Shown piece after piece: positions 8,490 to 20,588 of a DNA stretch of 33,191 bases. The stretch is from the NCBI GenBank assembly GCA_043807175.1, contig JAZDGE010000131.1:1-33191 (forward strand). Direction: 5' to 3'. Position 1 is the first letter of the stretch. Each line of letters begins with the position of its first letter. Under the pieces are notes generated by a model, which worked only from the letters and a program-made list of their open reading frames with translations, was not told where the DNA came from and searched no databases. The stretch comes from Acidobacteriota bacterium (lineage in GTDB: Bacteria; Acidobacteriota; Thermoanaerobaculia; Thermoanaerobaculales; Thermoanaerobaculaceae). Made by a program: the position numbers and the translations under genes.

Positions 8490-9565
8490 CTACAGGGCGG
8501 GGAAGACGACGCGGCCGCGCGCGTCCGGGGTCGCCTTCCAGGGCGCCCGGGCATAGGCCTTGAGCGAGCGTGGATCGTCGAGGGCGCCGCGGGCGGCGCG
8601 GAGCTGGCCGGCGCGAGCGATCATCACCGCGTTGTCGGTGGTGAGGGCGAGGGGGGCGAGCGCGATCTCGACGCCGTTACGCTCGCCCCAGGCGCTCAAG
8701 CGCCGGCGCAGCTCGCGATTGGCGGCGACGCCACCCGCGGCCGCCACCACCGCCGGGCGGTGGACCTCCACCAGGCGGTCGAGCGGGGCTAGTAGCCAGT
8801 CGGCGATGGTGCGCCGGAAGGAGGCGAGGAGGTCCAGCGCCGCCTGGGGCGGCCGTGCGGGGTCGGCGAGGGGGAGCAAGCCCTTCTCCTCGGCGAGGCG
8901 AATCACTGCCGTCTTCAGGCCTGAGAACGAGAAGTCGAGCGCGCCGGCCGGGTCCTTGATGCGGGGGGGGGAGAAGGCGAAGGCAGCGGGATCCCCGCCC
9001 TCGGCCAGGGCATCGGTGACCGGCCCGCCGGGATAGCCGAGGCCGAGCGCGGCCGCCACCTTGTCGAAAACCTCGCCGGCGGCGTCGTCGCGGGTGCGGT
9101 TGAGCGGCCGCGCAATGGCGCCCGCGAGCAGGAAGTACGAGGAGTGCCCGCCCGAGGCGACCAGGGTGAGGACGATTTCCGGAAGGGGCGGCGCGGATGT
9201 GCCGTCGAGGTGCAGGAAGGGCGAGATGAGATGCCCCTCCAGATGGTCGACCCCGGCCAGCGGGAGGCTGCGGCTGTAGGCGTAGGCGGCGGCAAAACAG
9301 GTCCCGACGAGCAAGGAGCCGATCAGGCCGGGGCCGCGCGTCACGGCAACCAGCTCCACACTCGCCAGCCCTGCCTGCCGCTCGGCCTCGGCCAGGAGTG
9401 CGGGTAGAGCCTCGAGGTGATGGCGGGCCGCCAGCTCCGGCACGACCCCGAGGTAGCGTGCATGGGCGGCCACCTGTGAGGCGACGAGGTTACAGGCCAC
9501 GCCGCCGTCTGACTCGAGCACGGCGAGCGCGGTCTCGTCGCAGGAGGTCTCGATGCCGAGCGCCC

Positions 9566-9569
<4 letters not shown>
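8490..9569 (-). CDS. tsaD: tRNA N6-adenosine threonylcarbamoyltransferase
   Basis: MRALGIETSCDETALAV N-terminus, HLEGH metal-binding motif, Kae1/TsaD length. The GTG start overlaps the mtnA stop by 4 nt. Confidence 0.93.
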
Positions 9570-10591
<1,022 letters not shown>

Positions 10592-10612
10592 CGCGGCGGA
10601 TGGTAGCGCTTG

Positions 10613-10846
10613 AGGCAGGGAGAAAGAAGGGAGAAGACAGAAGGCAAAAGGCCAAAGGCGAAAGGCGAAAGACAGGAGGCAAAAGGCGAAAGGCAAGAGG
10701 CCGTGTCTCCTTGCGAGATCCTGCATCTTTGGATGGGCGAGGACGTCGAACCACGAACCACGAGCCACGAACCACCTCCCGGGTGGGCGGGGGCCTGAGC
10801 CCGGGGCCGAGGGCCCTGAGCCCTGCTTGTTGAGCCCGGGGCCCGC
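10613..10846. repeat. Two heptamer arrays (GGCGAAA-type; CGAACCA then TGAGCCC-type) around the G-run box GGGTGGGCGGGGG
   Basis: Purine array 10613-10700; cgaacca cgaacca cgagcca cgaacca (10747-10774); gggtgggcggggg; tgagccc ggggccg agggccc tgagccc. Lies in the divergent mtnA/gap spacer. Confidence 0.85.
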
Positions 10847-10903
10847 CTTCTACTCCCTCCGCGGCCGGGCGGCTATACTGGCGGCCACAGAAGGGAGGGA
10901 GAC

Positions 10904-11908
<1,005 letters not shown>

Positions 11909-11911
11909 GTG

Positions 11912-13086
11912 ATGGCGCTGCGGTCGATCGACGATCTTGAGGTGGCGGGGAAGCGCGTCTTGCTGCGACTTGATCTCAATGTGCCACTGCAGGACGGGCG
12001 GGTGGGTGACGACACCCGGGTGCGCGAGGCGGCGCCGACCGTGAGGCTGCTCGTCGAGCGGGGGGCGATCGTGGTGGCCTGCTCGCACCTTGGCCGGGCG
12101 AAGGGGAAGGTCGATCCCACCCTTTCGCTGCGGCCGGTGGCGCCAGTGTTGGCGGCGCACGCGGGGGTCGCGGTGGAGTTCGTCGCCGATGTCGTCGGTG
12201 AGGCGGCGCAGCAGGCGGTGACCGCGGCCCGCCCTGGCGAGGTGATCCTGCTGGAAAACCTGCGCTTCGAGGCCGGCGAGGAGGCGAACGACCCGGAGTT
12301 CTGCCGGCGTCTGGCGGCCCTCGCCGACGTTTTCGTCAACGACGCTTTTGGTGCGGCTCACCGCGAGCATGCGTCCACCGCCGGGGTGGCGCACATGTTC
12401 GCCAGCCGCGGCGCTGGCGGCCTGATGGCGCGGGAGGTGGCCGCCCTCACGAGGGTGCGTGATCATCCCGAGCACCCGTTCGTCGCCGTGATCGGCGGCG
12501 CCAAGGTCTCGGGCAAGCTGGAAACGCTTCAGGCCTTGAGCGAGAAAGCTGACACCCTGGCGCTGGTCGGCGGGATGGCGAACACCTTTCTGCTGGCGAC
12601 CGGGCGGCCGGTGGGCAGGTCCCGGATCGAGACCGAGCTGGTCGAAACCGCCAGGACCGTGCTCTCGGGAGCGGCCGGGCGGGGCGTCGAGGTCGTCATT
12701 CCCGCCGACGTCGTGATTGCAGCCTCGCTGGAGGGCCGCGGGCGGACGGTCGACGCGAAGGATGTCGGCGCGGATGACCTGATCCTCGACATCGGGCCCG
12801 CGACGCGGGCGCGAATTGCCACACTCGTGGGCGCGGCCCGGACCGTATTCTGGAACGGCCCTGCCGGCGTCTTCGAGCGCACCGAGTTTGCCGGCGGCAC
12901 GATGGCGATCGCCGAGGCGATGGCTGACAGCCGGGCGTTCACCGTGGTGGGGGGTGGGGAAACCGTGGCGGCGGTGCAGCAGGCGGGCGTGGGGGACCAG
13001 TTGTCGCATGTTTCCACCGGCGGCGGCGCCGCGCTGGAGTTCCTCGCCGGCGAGACCCTTCCCGGCATCGCGGCGTTGGAGGCGTG

Positions 13087-13087
<1 letters not shown>
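11912..13087 (+). CDS. pgk: Phosphoglycerate kinase
   Basis: GKRVLLRLDLNVPL N-terminus, hinge and C-terminal STGGGAALEFL motif. GTG 11909 is an alternative start directly after the gap stop. Confidence 0.95.
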
Positions 13088-13848
<761 letters not shown>

Positions 13849-13861
13849 AGGAGTCATTTCA

Positions 13862-14197
13862 GTGTATACGTTGCTTCTCATGCTCTACGTGTTGGTTTGC
13901 ATTTTCCTCATCCTGGTGGTCTTGCTCCAGCAGGGCAAGGGTGCAGATGTGGCCGCCGCCTTCGGCGCCGCCTCCTCACAGGTGGCGTTCGGCCCGCGCG
14001 GCACCATCACCCTGATGCACAAACTCACCACCGGATCCTTCGTGCTCTTCGTCGCGCTGTGCATCGGGCTCTCGGTGCTGACCGCCCGTCGCAGCCGCTC
14101 GGTCACCGCCGGCATGAAGGAAAAGCCCGCGGCGACCGCGCCGGTGAACCCGGCGCCCGCGCCCCCCGCGCCGGCGAGCCCGGCGCCGCAGAAGTAA
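13862..14197 (+). CDS. secG: Preprotein translocase subunit SecG
   Basis: ILVVLLQQGKGADVAAAFG signature, two TM helices and a Pro/Ala-rich tail. AAGGAG lies 7 nt before GTG 13862. ORF 13787.. overlaps the tpiA end and is trimmed. Confidence 0.88.
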   Translation: MYTLLLMLYVLVCIFLILVVLLQQGKGADVAAAFGAASSQVAFGPRGTITLMHKLTTGSFVLFVALCIGLSVLTARRSRSVTAGMKEKPAATAPVNPAPAPPAPASPAPQK

Positions 14198-14213
14198 GGT
14201 CAAGATGGTACGT

Positions 14214-14298
<85 letters not shown>

Positions 14299-14308
14299 CC
14301 TTCCTTCC

Positions 14309-14328
14309 GGGGGGTCCGGCGACCCCCC
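14309..14328 (+). terminator. GC hairpin after the tRNA (GGGGGGTC-cggc-GACCCCCC)
   Basis: Perfect 8-bp stem read directly. No U-tract follows, so it may be a processing or terminator-like structure rather than a canonical intrinsic terminator. Confidence 0.3.
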
Positions 14329-14508
14329 ACCCACGCCCCCGTCGCCTCGACCCCCCGAGCCCCCCGCGCTCGCGCCGGCACAGCCGGACGCTCGCTTTTC
14401 TCACCCCCGCCCCCCCGGCCACCCGCCCGCTTATCCCCCATTCCTCTGAATCGTCCTGGTCTCGCGTCCCCCAATAGGTGCTAGCCTGATGTGCCATCTC
14501 GGCGTCCA

Positions 14509-14546
14509 CTTGGACTTGGACCTGGAGCTAGAGTTGGACGTGGACC
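14509..14546. repeat. Hexanucleotide array TTGGAC TTGGAC CTGGAG CTAGAG TTGGAC GTGGAC
   Basis: Read directly. This is the only clear array in the window with 6-nt rather than 7-nt phase. A short GGTCCA GGTCCA repeat follows near 14680. Confidence 0.7.
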
Positions 14547-14751
14547 TCTTTCACGCGGCACATCTTCGAGAGCATCCGCACGGCTGGGGCGGGAAGCTGA
14601 TCGGCTCGGTAGACTCAAGGCGAGTGGAGGAGCGCCGATGCCGCGCAGGCATGATTGCTGAAGTCTACGTCACGCAGGCTGGTCCAGGTCCAGGTAAGGC
14701 AGCGAGCGGGGATTGGCGCCTCATCTGCCGACGGCCGGGGCAGGCCCCCTC

Positions 14752-14792
14752 TTGACAGAAATCAACTCAAGTCGCAACCTGTTTGCTAGAAT
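14752..14792 (+). promoter_or_regulatory. Candidate promoter elements for the downstream secreted-protein gene (TTGACA at 14752; extended -10 TGcTAGAAT at 14784)
   Basis: Both hexamers are near-consensus, but they are 29 nt apart and cannot be one sigma70 promoter. The extended -10 alone would give a very short leader before RBS GAAGGGAG. Confidence 0.25.
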
Positions 14793-14811
14793 GAGACGAA
14801 GGGAGTCGACC

Positions 14812-16020
14812 ATGAAGCCCATTGCCGCTGTTCTTTGCTTCCTGCTCAGCGCCGGCGCCGCGCTTGCGGTGGCGCCAGGCACGGATCTCTTCATACCCTC
14901 GGTCGGGCACGCGCAGGGGGCGTGCGTCGACGGCGTGTGCTCGCAGTGGCGGACCGCGGTGTGGATCTACAACCCCTCCACCACGTCCTCCGCAACCGTC
15001 ACTGCGTACTTCCTCGAACGGAACAAGGACAACACCACCGCGGTGTCGCAGGCGATCACGGTGGCCGCTGGCGAGACCAAGGAGTACCTCGAGTTCGTGA
15101 ACTCGCCGCTCGGAGTCAGCGGCAAGTACGGGGCGCTTCGCTTCACCTCCGACCTCGAGGTGATGGTGACTGGGCGAATCTACGACGCCAACGTGCTCAA
15201 CTCGAAGCAGGTGACGGGCACGACCGGGCAGTTCTACGCCGGCCTGGCGGGCACGCTTGGGATCGGCAACGGTGAGTACACCGACATCATTGGCCTCGCC
15301 CAGGATGCCGCCGGCTCGACCGGTATTTGGCGCTCGAACTTCGGCTTCGTCGAGACCACCGGCGCCACTTGCACCGTCGAGGCGCAGCTCCTCGATTCCA
15401 CCGGCGCCGCTCTCGCCGCTGCCAAGACCTACTCGCTGCAGCCGCGGGACCAGAAGCAGGACTCGATCGCCAACCTCGGCGGGCCCTTTGGTCTCAACCG
15501 GCGGGTGCGGGTGAAGGTCACCGGCGGCAACGGCAAGGTGATCGCGTTCGGCTCACGGATCGATAACCGCACCGCCGATCCCTCGACCGTCGAGATGTGG
15601 GCGCGGACGGTCAGCGCCAAGAAGACCGGTCTTTTCGACGGCATCGCGTTCACCACCGACGGGCTGCTGATCGACGGTGGCATCGAGGTGGGGATCTCGA
15701 GCGCCGGGCTCACCGGCTTTGCCGGTGTGGTGGGCATACCCTGTGGCACCGACAGCTTTGTGGTGGACTTCTCGGCGACCGCCGCCACCCCGATTCCGCT
15801 CGGCGCCGACGGCAGCTTCACCACTCAGGTGCAGATCGCCTACAGCGACGGCACCTCGACCGTCTTCACCAGCAACTGGACGCTCGCCGGGACGCTTGCC
15901 AGCGAGGGGGCGATGAGCGGCACGCTGAAGAGTGAGACCTCCGGCGGCGCCGGGAGCTGGGCGTCGTGCAACGGCACCGCCACTCGCAACTGGCGCGCCG
16001 GCTGGGCCAAGAACCCCTAG
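14812..16020 (+). CDS. Secreted hypothetical protein
   Basis: ORF 14713.. trimmed to ATG 14812 (RBS GAAGGGAG). Signal peptide MKPIAAVLCFLLSAGAALAVA. Beta-rich, Gly/Thr/Ser-rich mature protein. No family recognised. Confidence 0.75.
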   Translation: MKPIAAVLCFLLSAGAALAVAPGTDLFIPSVGHAQGACVDGVCSQWRTAVWIYNPSTTSSATVTAYFLERNKDNTTAVSQAITVAAGETKEYLEFVNSPLGVSGKYGALRFTSDLEVMVTGRIYDANVLNSKQVTGTTGQFYAGLAGTLGIGNGEYTDIIGLAQDAAGSTGIWRSNFGFVETTGATCTVEAQLLDSTGAALAAAKTYSLQPRDQKQDSIANLGGPFGLNRRVRVKVTGGNGKVIAFGSRIDNRTADPSTVEMWARTVSAKKTGLFDGIAFTTDGLLIDGGIEVGISSAGLTGFAGVVGIPCGTDSFVVDFSATAATPIPLGADGSFTTQVQIAYSDGTSTVFTSNWTLAGTLASEGAMSGTLKSETSGGAGSWASCNGTATRNWRAGWAKNP

Positions 16021-16053
16021 CCGCCGCCCGGTAGGACTGGCTCGCTGCGAAGA

Positions 16054-16076
16054 GGGGCGACCCGGCGGGTCGCCCC
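16054..16076. terminator. Bidirectional stem-loop between convergent genes (GGGGCGACCC-ggc-GGGTCGCCCC)
   Basis: Perfect 10-bp GC stem, 34 nt after the + gene stop and 63 nt after the minus gene stop, followed by TCGTGTACTTCTC. Confidence 0.6.
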
Positions 16077-16138
16077 TCGTGTACTTCTCGGGCTCGCGGA
16101 TGGCCCGGGCTGCTCCCTCCGCGTGCCGCCTCGCCGGC

Positions 16139-16630
16139 CTACTCGGCCACCTCGACCACCTTGGTGCCGGCCATCTTGTCTCCCCAGCGCCGGCCCTCGG
16201 CGTCGGTCAGCACCAGCACCGCTTCGATCAGACCGATCATCCCGCCGATCAGAAAGATCGGGATCGACACCAGGTGCCCGAGCACCGGCACCACCCACAG
16301 CAGGTAGCCCACGCAGTAGGCGGCGAGCGGCAGGTTTCGCTTGATCGAGACATCCATCGTCATTGGCATGCCGTCGAGGCGAATCGGTCGCAGCTTCATG
16401 ATCTTCTTGCCTGGCGAGCGCTTGTCAGCGAAGTCGAGATCGAGGCCATCGCGGACGAGCCACCAGCCCCCGGCGAGCAACCCGCCGATGATCCCGCCAA
16501 TGAACGGAATCATGCCCAGAACAAACCCGACAAGAATCGCCGGGATGGCGTCGATCAGGGCGGCAATGATCCTCTTCCCGAGATCGGCCTTGAATACTGC
16601 AAGTGGTACAGCGCTGGGTGGAACAGCCAT
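16139..16630 (-). CDS. RDD-family membrane protein
   Basis: GKRIIAALIDAIP... N-terminal motif, WWLVRDGLD, KRSPGKKIMKLRPIRLDG loop, three TM segments. RBS GGAAGGAGAAAG. Confidence 0.8.
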   Translation of the reverse strand: MAVPPSAVPLAVFKADLGKRIIAALIDAIPAILVGFVLGMIPFIGGIIGGLLAGGWWLVRDGLDLDFADKRSPGKKIMKLRPIRLDGMPMTMDVSIKRNLPLAAYCVGYLLWVVPVLGHLVSIPIFLIGGMIGLIEAVLVLTDAEGRRWGDKMAGTKVVEVAE

Positions 16631-16684
16631 TGTCTTTCTCCTTCCCTTCCCCCCGCTTGAGGGCAGCTTGCTTTCGCTCTTACG

Positions 16685-16713
16685 ATGCTAACCGAGCGAG
16701 GTGGAGTTTGCAA
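16685..16713 (-). promoter_or_regulatory. Sigma70-like promoter for the RDD gene (TTGCAA-N17-TAGCAT on the minus strand)
   Basis: -35 at 16708-16713, -10 at 16685-16690, exact 17-nt spacer, about 55 nt upstream of ATG 16630. Confidence 0.5.
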
Positions 16714-16848
16714 TTGAGGTGCAGACGCGAAAAGCAGGCCGCCGTTCGCCCCGCTCGCAGCCCTGGCCCCACGAAGCCGGGCCTGGTCGCCCCCCACGGT
16801 CGGCCACCTGCACAAGTACCCCCCGGGTCCTCACGTGCACCTGTCTCC

Positions 16849-16892
16849 GGGTGAGTGGGGGACGAACCCCGAACCCCGAACCACGGGCCACG
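16849..16892. repeat. G-run box GGGTGAGTGGGGGAC plus heptamers GAACCCC GAACCCC GAACCAC GGGCCAC
   Basis: Read directly. Ends 5 nt before the bshA stop codon. Confidence 0.8.
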
Positions 16893-16896
16893 TTTT

Positions 16897-18042
16897 CTAC
16901 GGGCTTCCCGTAATCGGAGGCGCCTCGGCGTCCAGCAATCGCCGGTAGAGCGCCTCGTAGCGGTCGACGATGCGATCGGTCGAGAAGTGCTCGCTCGCCC
17001 GGCGGCGGGCGAGCAGGCGCTGGCGCACAAGCTCGGCGGGGTTGCGCAGCAACTCAATCACCTTGTCGGCCATCGCCCGCGTGTCGCCGATTGGAAACGT
17101 GAAGCCGCCCTCGCCCTCGGCAACGAGCTCCGGCAGCCCGCCCGCGTTCGACGCCACCACCGGCACGCCGCAGGACATCGCCTCGAGGGCGGCCAGGCCG
17201 AAGGACTCCTCGGCGGAGGGGAGGAGGAAGAGGTCTCCGGCGCCCATCACCCCTTCAACCGGCGAGACATTGCCGAGGAACTCCACCCGGTGGGCGATCC
17301 CCGCCTCGCGGGCGAACTTCTCGGCCGCCGGCCGGTCCGGGCCATCGCCGACCATCGCGAGGTGCGAGGGAACCTCGGCATGGGTGAGACGAAAGACCTC
17401 AAGCACGTCCATCACCCGTTTCACCGGCCGGAAGTTGGAGGCATGAACGAGGAGCGGCGCGCCGTCGGGCGTCAGCCGCCGGCGGTGGGCGGCGGCGAAG
17501 TCAGCGTCGCAGCGGTTGGCGTCGACGAAATTGGGGATCACGATGATCTCATGCTGCACGCCAAGGCGATCGCGGGTCTCGCGAGCGAGCGATTCGGAGA
17601 CCGCAGTGACGGCATCGGCGCGCTCGATGCCCAGGCGCACGATCGGCAGGAAGGAAGGGTCGGCGCCCACCACCGTGATGTCGGTGCCGTGGAGGGTGAC
17701 CACGAGGCGGGGTCCGCCACCGAGGAGCTCGCGGGCCAGATACGCCGAGATCGCGTGGGGAATGGCGTAGTGCACGTGCAGCAGCTCGATGCCGTGATTG
17801 CGCACCGCATCGGCCATTTGCGAGGCGAGGGCCAGCGAGTAGGGCGGGTACTGGAAGAGGGGATAGGCCGGCACGGTTACCTCGTGGAAGGTGACTCCCG
17901 GCGGCACGCGCGAGAGCCGGTAGGGCAGGGCGTAGCAGATGAAGTGAACCTCATGGCCGCGGCGGGCAAGGGCGAGACCGAGCTCGGTCGCCACCACGCC
18001 CGAGCCGCCCACCGTGGGATAGCACGTGACGCCAATTCGCAT
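16897..18042 (-). CDS. bshA: N-acetyl-alpha-D-glucosaminyl L-malate synthase (GT4 glycosyltransferase, bacillithiol step 1)
   Basis: MRIGVTCYPTVGGSGVVATELGLALARRGHEVHFI is the characteristic BshA N-terminus. GT4 C-terminal EESFGLAALEAMSCGVPVVAS. GAAGGAGG RBS before ATG 18042. Clustered with bshB and bshC. Confidence 0.88.
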   Translation of the reverse strand: MRIGVTCYPTVGGSGVVATELGLALARRGHEVHFICYALPYRLSRVPPGVTFHEVTVPAYPLFQYPPYSLALASQMADAVRNHGIELLHVHYAIPHAISAYLARELLGGGPRLVVTLHGTDITVVGADPSFLPIVRLGIERADAVTAVSESLARETRDRLGVQHEIIVIPNFVDANRCDADFAAAHRRRLTPDGAPLLVHASNFRPVKRVMDVLEVFRLTHAEVPSHLAMVGDGPDRPAAEKFAREAGIAHRVEFLGNVSPVEGVMGAGDLFLLPSAEESFGLAALEAMSCGVPVVASNAGGLPELVAEGEGGFTFPIGDTRAMADKVIELLRNPAELVRQRLLARRRASEHFSTDRIVDRYEALYRRLLDAEAPPITGSP

Positions 18043-18055
18043 GATGCAGCCCTCC

Positions 18056-18218
18056 TTCCCCCGCCCACCCACTCAGCTATCAGCGCTCAGCTATCGGCTA
18101 TCAGGTATCAGCTAGAAGCCAAAAGCTAGGAGCCAAAGGCTAAGAGCTAGCAGCTAGCAGCTGACAACCAACAAACAGCAACCGACATCCGACAACTGAC
18201 AACCGACAACCAACAACG
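18056..18218. repeat. Longest heptamer array in the window (about 21 units, word drifting CAGCTAT > AAGCTAG > CAACCGA) plus C-run box
   Basis: cccgcccacccac, then cagctat cagcgct cagctat cggctat caggtat cagctag aagccaa aagctag gagccaa aggctaa gagctag cagctag cagctga caaccaa caaacag caaccga catccga caactga caaccga caaccaa. Fills the bshB-bshA spacer. Confidence 0.9.
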
Positions 18219-18222
18219 TTCA

Positions 18223-18969
18223 TCACCTTTCGGGCCGCAAGCCGGGTTCGGTCGCTGGCGAGAGCAGCCAGGCGATCTCGCCGGCAGCCACTGGTCCAGG
18301 CATCGCGTACCCCTCGCCGAGCTCGTAGCCGATGAGGTTGCCGGCGGCGCGGTCACGACCCTCGATGGCGGCGAGAAAGTAACCGCTGGCGAGGTGGGTC
18401 GGCGCGCCACCGACAACGGCAAACTGCGAGGCGTGGGCCGCAAGCGCCGCGCGTTTCACGGGATAGCTGGCCGACACGTCGATCACGAGCGCCGGCTCGA
18501 AGAGCTGGCGCGGGCCAGGGTAGGCGAGCACGAGATGCGCGCGCTCGGGGCCACCCAGCTCGCCCTGCCAGCGCGCCACACCGGCGAGGAAGTGTGCGCG
18601 TGAGACGAGCTCGGCGGCGGCGCGGTGGTCGGGGTGCGGGTCGGCGTTGTGAGGGGCCAGCAGGGCGCGGGGCGCAGCCTCGCGCAGCGTCTTGACCAAT
18701 GCCGCAAGCTGCTCCTCGTTGGCCGAGGAGAGATGGCCATCCGCAAGACCGAGGCAACTGCGCCTGGCCACACCCAGCGCCCGCGCGGCAAGCTCGGCTT
18801 CCTGCCGCCGGGTCGAGGCGTCGCCCCGGGTGCCGAGCTCACCGTTTGTGAGGTCGAGGATGCCGACGATCTTTCCCGCAGCAGCGAGGCGGGCCAGGGT
18901 GGCGCCGCAGCCGAGCTCGACGTCGTCGGGGTGGGCGCCGATGGCGAGCACCTCGCAGCGCCCTACCAC
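18223..18969 (-). CDS. bshB: N-acetyl-alpha-D-glucosaminyl L-malate deacetylase (LmbE/PIG-L family, bacillithiol step 2)
   Basis: VLAIGAHPDDVELGCGATLARL...ILDLTNGELGTRG...HPDH motifs. The GTG start overlaps the bshC stop by 7 nt. Confidence 0.88.
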   Translation of the reverse strand: MVGRCEVLAIGAHPDDVELGCGATLARLAAAGKIVGILDLTNGELGTRGDASTRRQEAELAARALGVARRSCLGLADGHLSSANEEQLAALVKTLREAAPRALLAPHNADPHPDHRAAAELVSRAHFLAGVARWQGELGGPERAHLVLAYPGPRQLFEPALVIDVSASYPVKRAALAAHASQFAVVGGAPTHLASGYFLAAIEGRDRAAGNLIGYELGEGYAMPGPVAAGEIAWLLSPATEPGLRPER

Positions 18970-20510
18970 TCGCCCTCCTCCCAGAACAGGAGATGCATAC
19001 CGGGGTCGGTGGGGTCGAGCCGGGCCACGAGTTGCTGTGGCCAGGAGACGCCGAGTCGCAGCAGGGGCGCCAGAAGCGAGAGGTAGCGCTCCTGGGGGTG
19101 GCCGGCGGGGCGTAAGAAGGCGCGCAGGCGCCGCCAGCGCTTCCCCTCGACATCGGCGGCTCGGGTGGCGGCGGCGGTCGCCCGTCCCTCCAGCCAGACC
19201 AGCGCGCCTTCAAGCCTGGCTCCGGTCGCTTCGAGGTCGCCCTGCAGCGCAGGCAGCTCGGCGCCTGTGACCAGGCGCAGCGCCTCGCCTTCGCGCTCGA
19301 CGGTGCGGCGCAGGCGGGCAAGAGCGCGGCGCACGCCCGCGCCAGCGAGTAGATGACGGGGCGGGGCCGCATGCAGGAGGTGGTGGGGCTCGATGCCGAG
19401 CTGTCGAATCAGCCGCCGCTCCGCATTGGTAACGAGAGTGACATGCGGCCGCAGGCGCCACTCGGGGCGAGCCACCCCGGCCAGCTCCCACAGCCGCATG
19501 GCCTCGATGTGGTAGGCGAGCTCGGCGCCGCCGAGGATCGCGGTCGCGGCACCGAGGGCGGCGTCCTGCACGAGCGGTCGCAGCCAGACATTGGGGAGGA
19601 AGCGCTCGGGGTGGGCGGCGTGCTCGTCGCGAATCGCGGTCGGGCAGTCGTCTCCGGCGGCGGCGAGTCGGCGGCGTCGATGGCTCTCGCGGCGGAAGAC
19701 CGGCAGGATGTATTCATTGAGCTTGAGCGGAAGCGGCCAGCCGCGGGCGGCAAGCTCGCGCTCGCCGGCGCGCAGCGCCTCCCAGGCCGCCGGCAGGCGT
19801 CCGAGAAGCACATCAACGGCGGGCGCCGCCGCCTGCGCGAGGGCGGGCGCGAGCGCATCCACGAGGACAACGCCGGCGCCCGCGAGCAGGCGGCCCAGGA
19901 AGCTGCCGGTCGCCTCGCCGAGGCTGGCGCCAGGGCGATAGCAGTGGGCCGCGAGCGCGACGGCCTCCTGGGCGTAGGCCGCGGGCAGACGCTCGGCGAG
20001 GGTGGCAAGCAGCGTCGCGCAAGCCGGACCGAGCGTCGCCGGTCCCGCCAGCGAGACGCCCCGCACCCAGTCCGCCTCGCGCGCCGCGAGGATCTCATCG
20101 CCCACGACCACACGCGCCGTGCCCATCTCGGGGAGGTCGTCATCGGCGGTGGCCAGCCACAAAAAACCTACCGCCTCGACGCCGGCGGCCCGCAGGCGCT
20201 TAACCTCGGCGGCCACCGCGCAGGCCTTGACGAGCGTCAGGAGGGGGCCACCGAGCAAACCGGGCTGCTGGCCGGTGACGATCGCGACGGCACCGCCAAG
20301 CCAGCTTTCGATGACCCGGTCGACGGGATTTCCCCAGCCACGGTTGCACTCGGCGAGCACCTCGGCAAGGGCCGGCGAACGCGCGCCTGAAAACGAGGAC
20401 GCCGCCGGCAAGTCGAGCTCGCCTCGCGCATAAGCGAGGGCGGCCGGATGGAGGGCGGTCCACTCGGCCAGGGGCGCTTTCATGTGAGCCGGTGCAGGGC
20501 TGGTCCCCAT
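18963..20510 (-). CDS. bshC: Bacillithiol biosynthesis cysteine-adding enzyme
   Basis: About 515 aa with IVTGQQPGLLGGPLLTLVK and FLWLATADDDLPE, matching the BshC/YllA GGQQxGLxxGPLYxxxK and FWxAxEDHDxDE blocks. Operonic with bshB and bshA. ATG 20483 is an alternative start. Confidence 0.82.
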   Translation of the reverse strand: MGTSPAPAHMKAPLAEWTALHPAALAYARGELDLPAASSFSGARSPALAEVLAECNRGWGNPVDRVIESWLGGAVAIVTGQQPGLLGGPLLTLVKACAVAAEVKRLRAAGVEAVGFLWLATADDDLPEMGTARVVVGDEILAAREADWVRGVSLAGPATLGPACATLLATLAERLPAAYAQEAVALAAHCYRPGASLGEATGSFLGRLLAGAGVVLVDALAPALAQAAAPAVDVLLGRLPAAWEALRAGERELAARGWPLPLKLNEYILPVFRRESHRRRRLAAAGDDCPTAIRDEHAAHPERFLPNVWLRPLVQDAALGAATAILGGAELAYHIEAMRLWELAGVARPEWRLRPHVTLVTNAERRLIRQLGIEPHHLLHAAPPRHLLAGAGVRRALARLRRTVEREGEALRLVTGAELPALQGDLEATGARLEGALVWLEGRATAAATRAADVEGKRWRRLRAFLRPAGHPQERYLSLLAPLLRLGVSWPQQLVARLDPTDPGMHLLFWEEGEW

Positions 20511-20588
20511 CCGCGTAAGCCTACCGCACCAGCGGTCTAATAGTGGAACGACCTGAACGAATGTGCCAAGTTTTCGGACCGGGCGCTT

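Noticed and set aside
14752-14757. Consensus TTGACA as the -35 of a canonical sigma70 promoter
   Set aside because: No acceptable -10 hexamer lies 16-18 nt downstream. The good TAGAAT is 29 nt away. It is reported only as a low-confidence composite regulatory feature.
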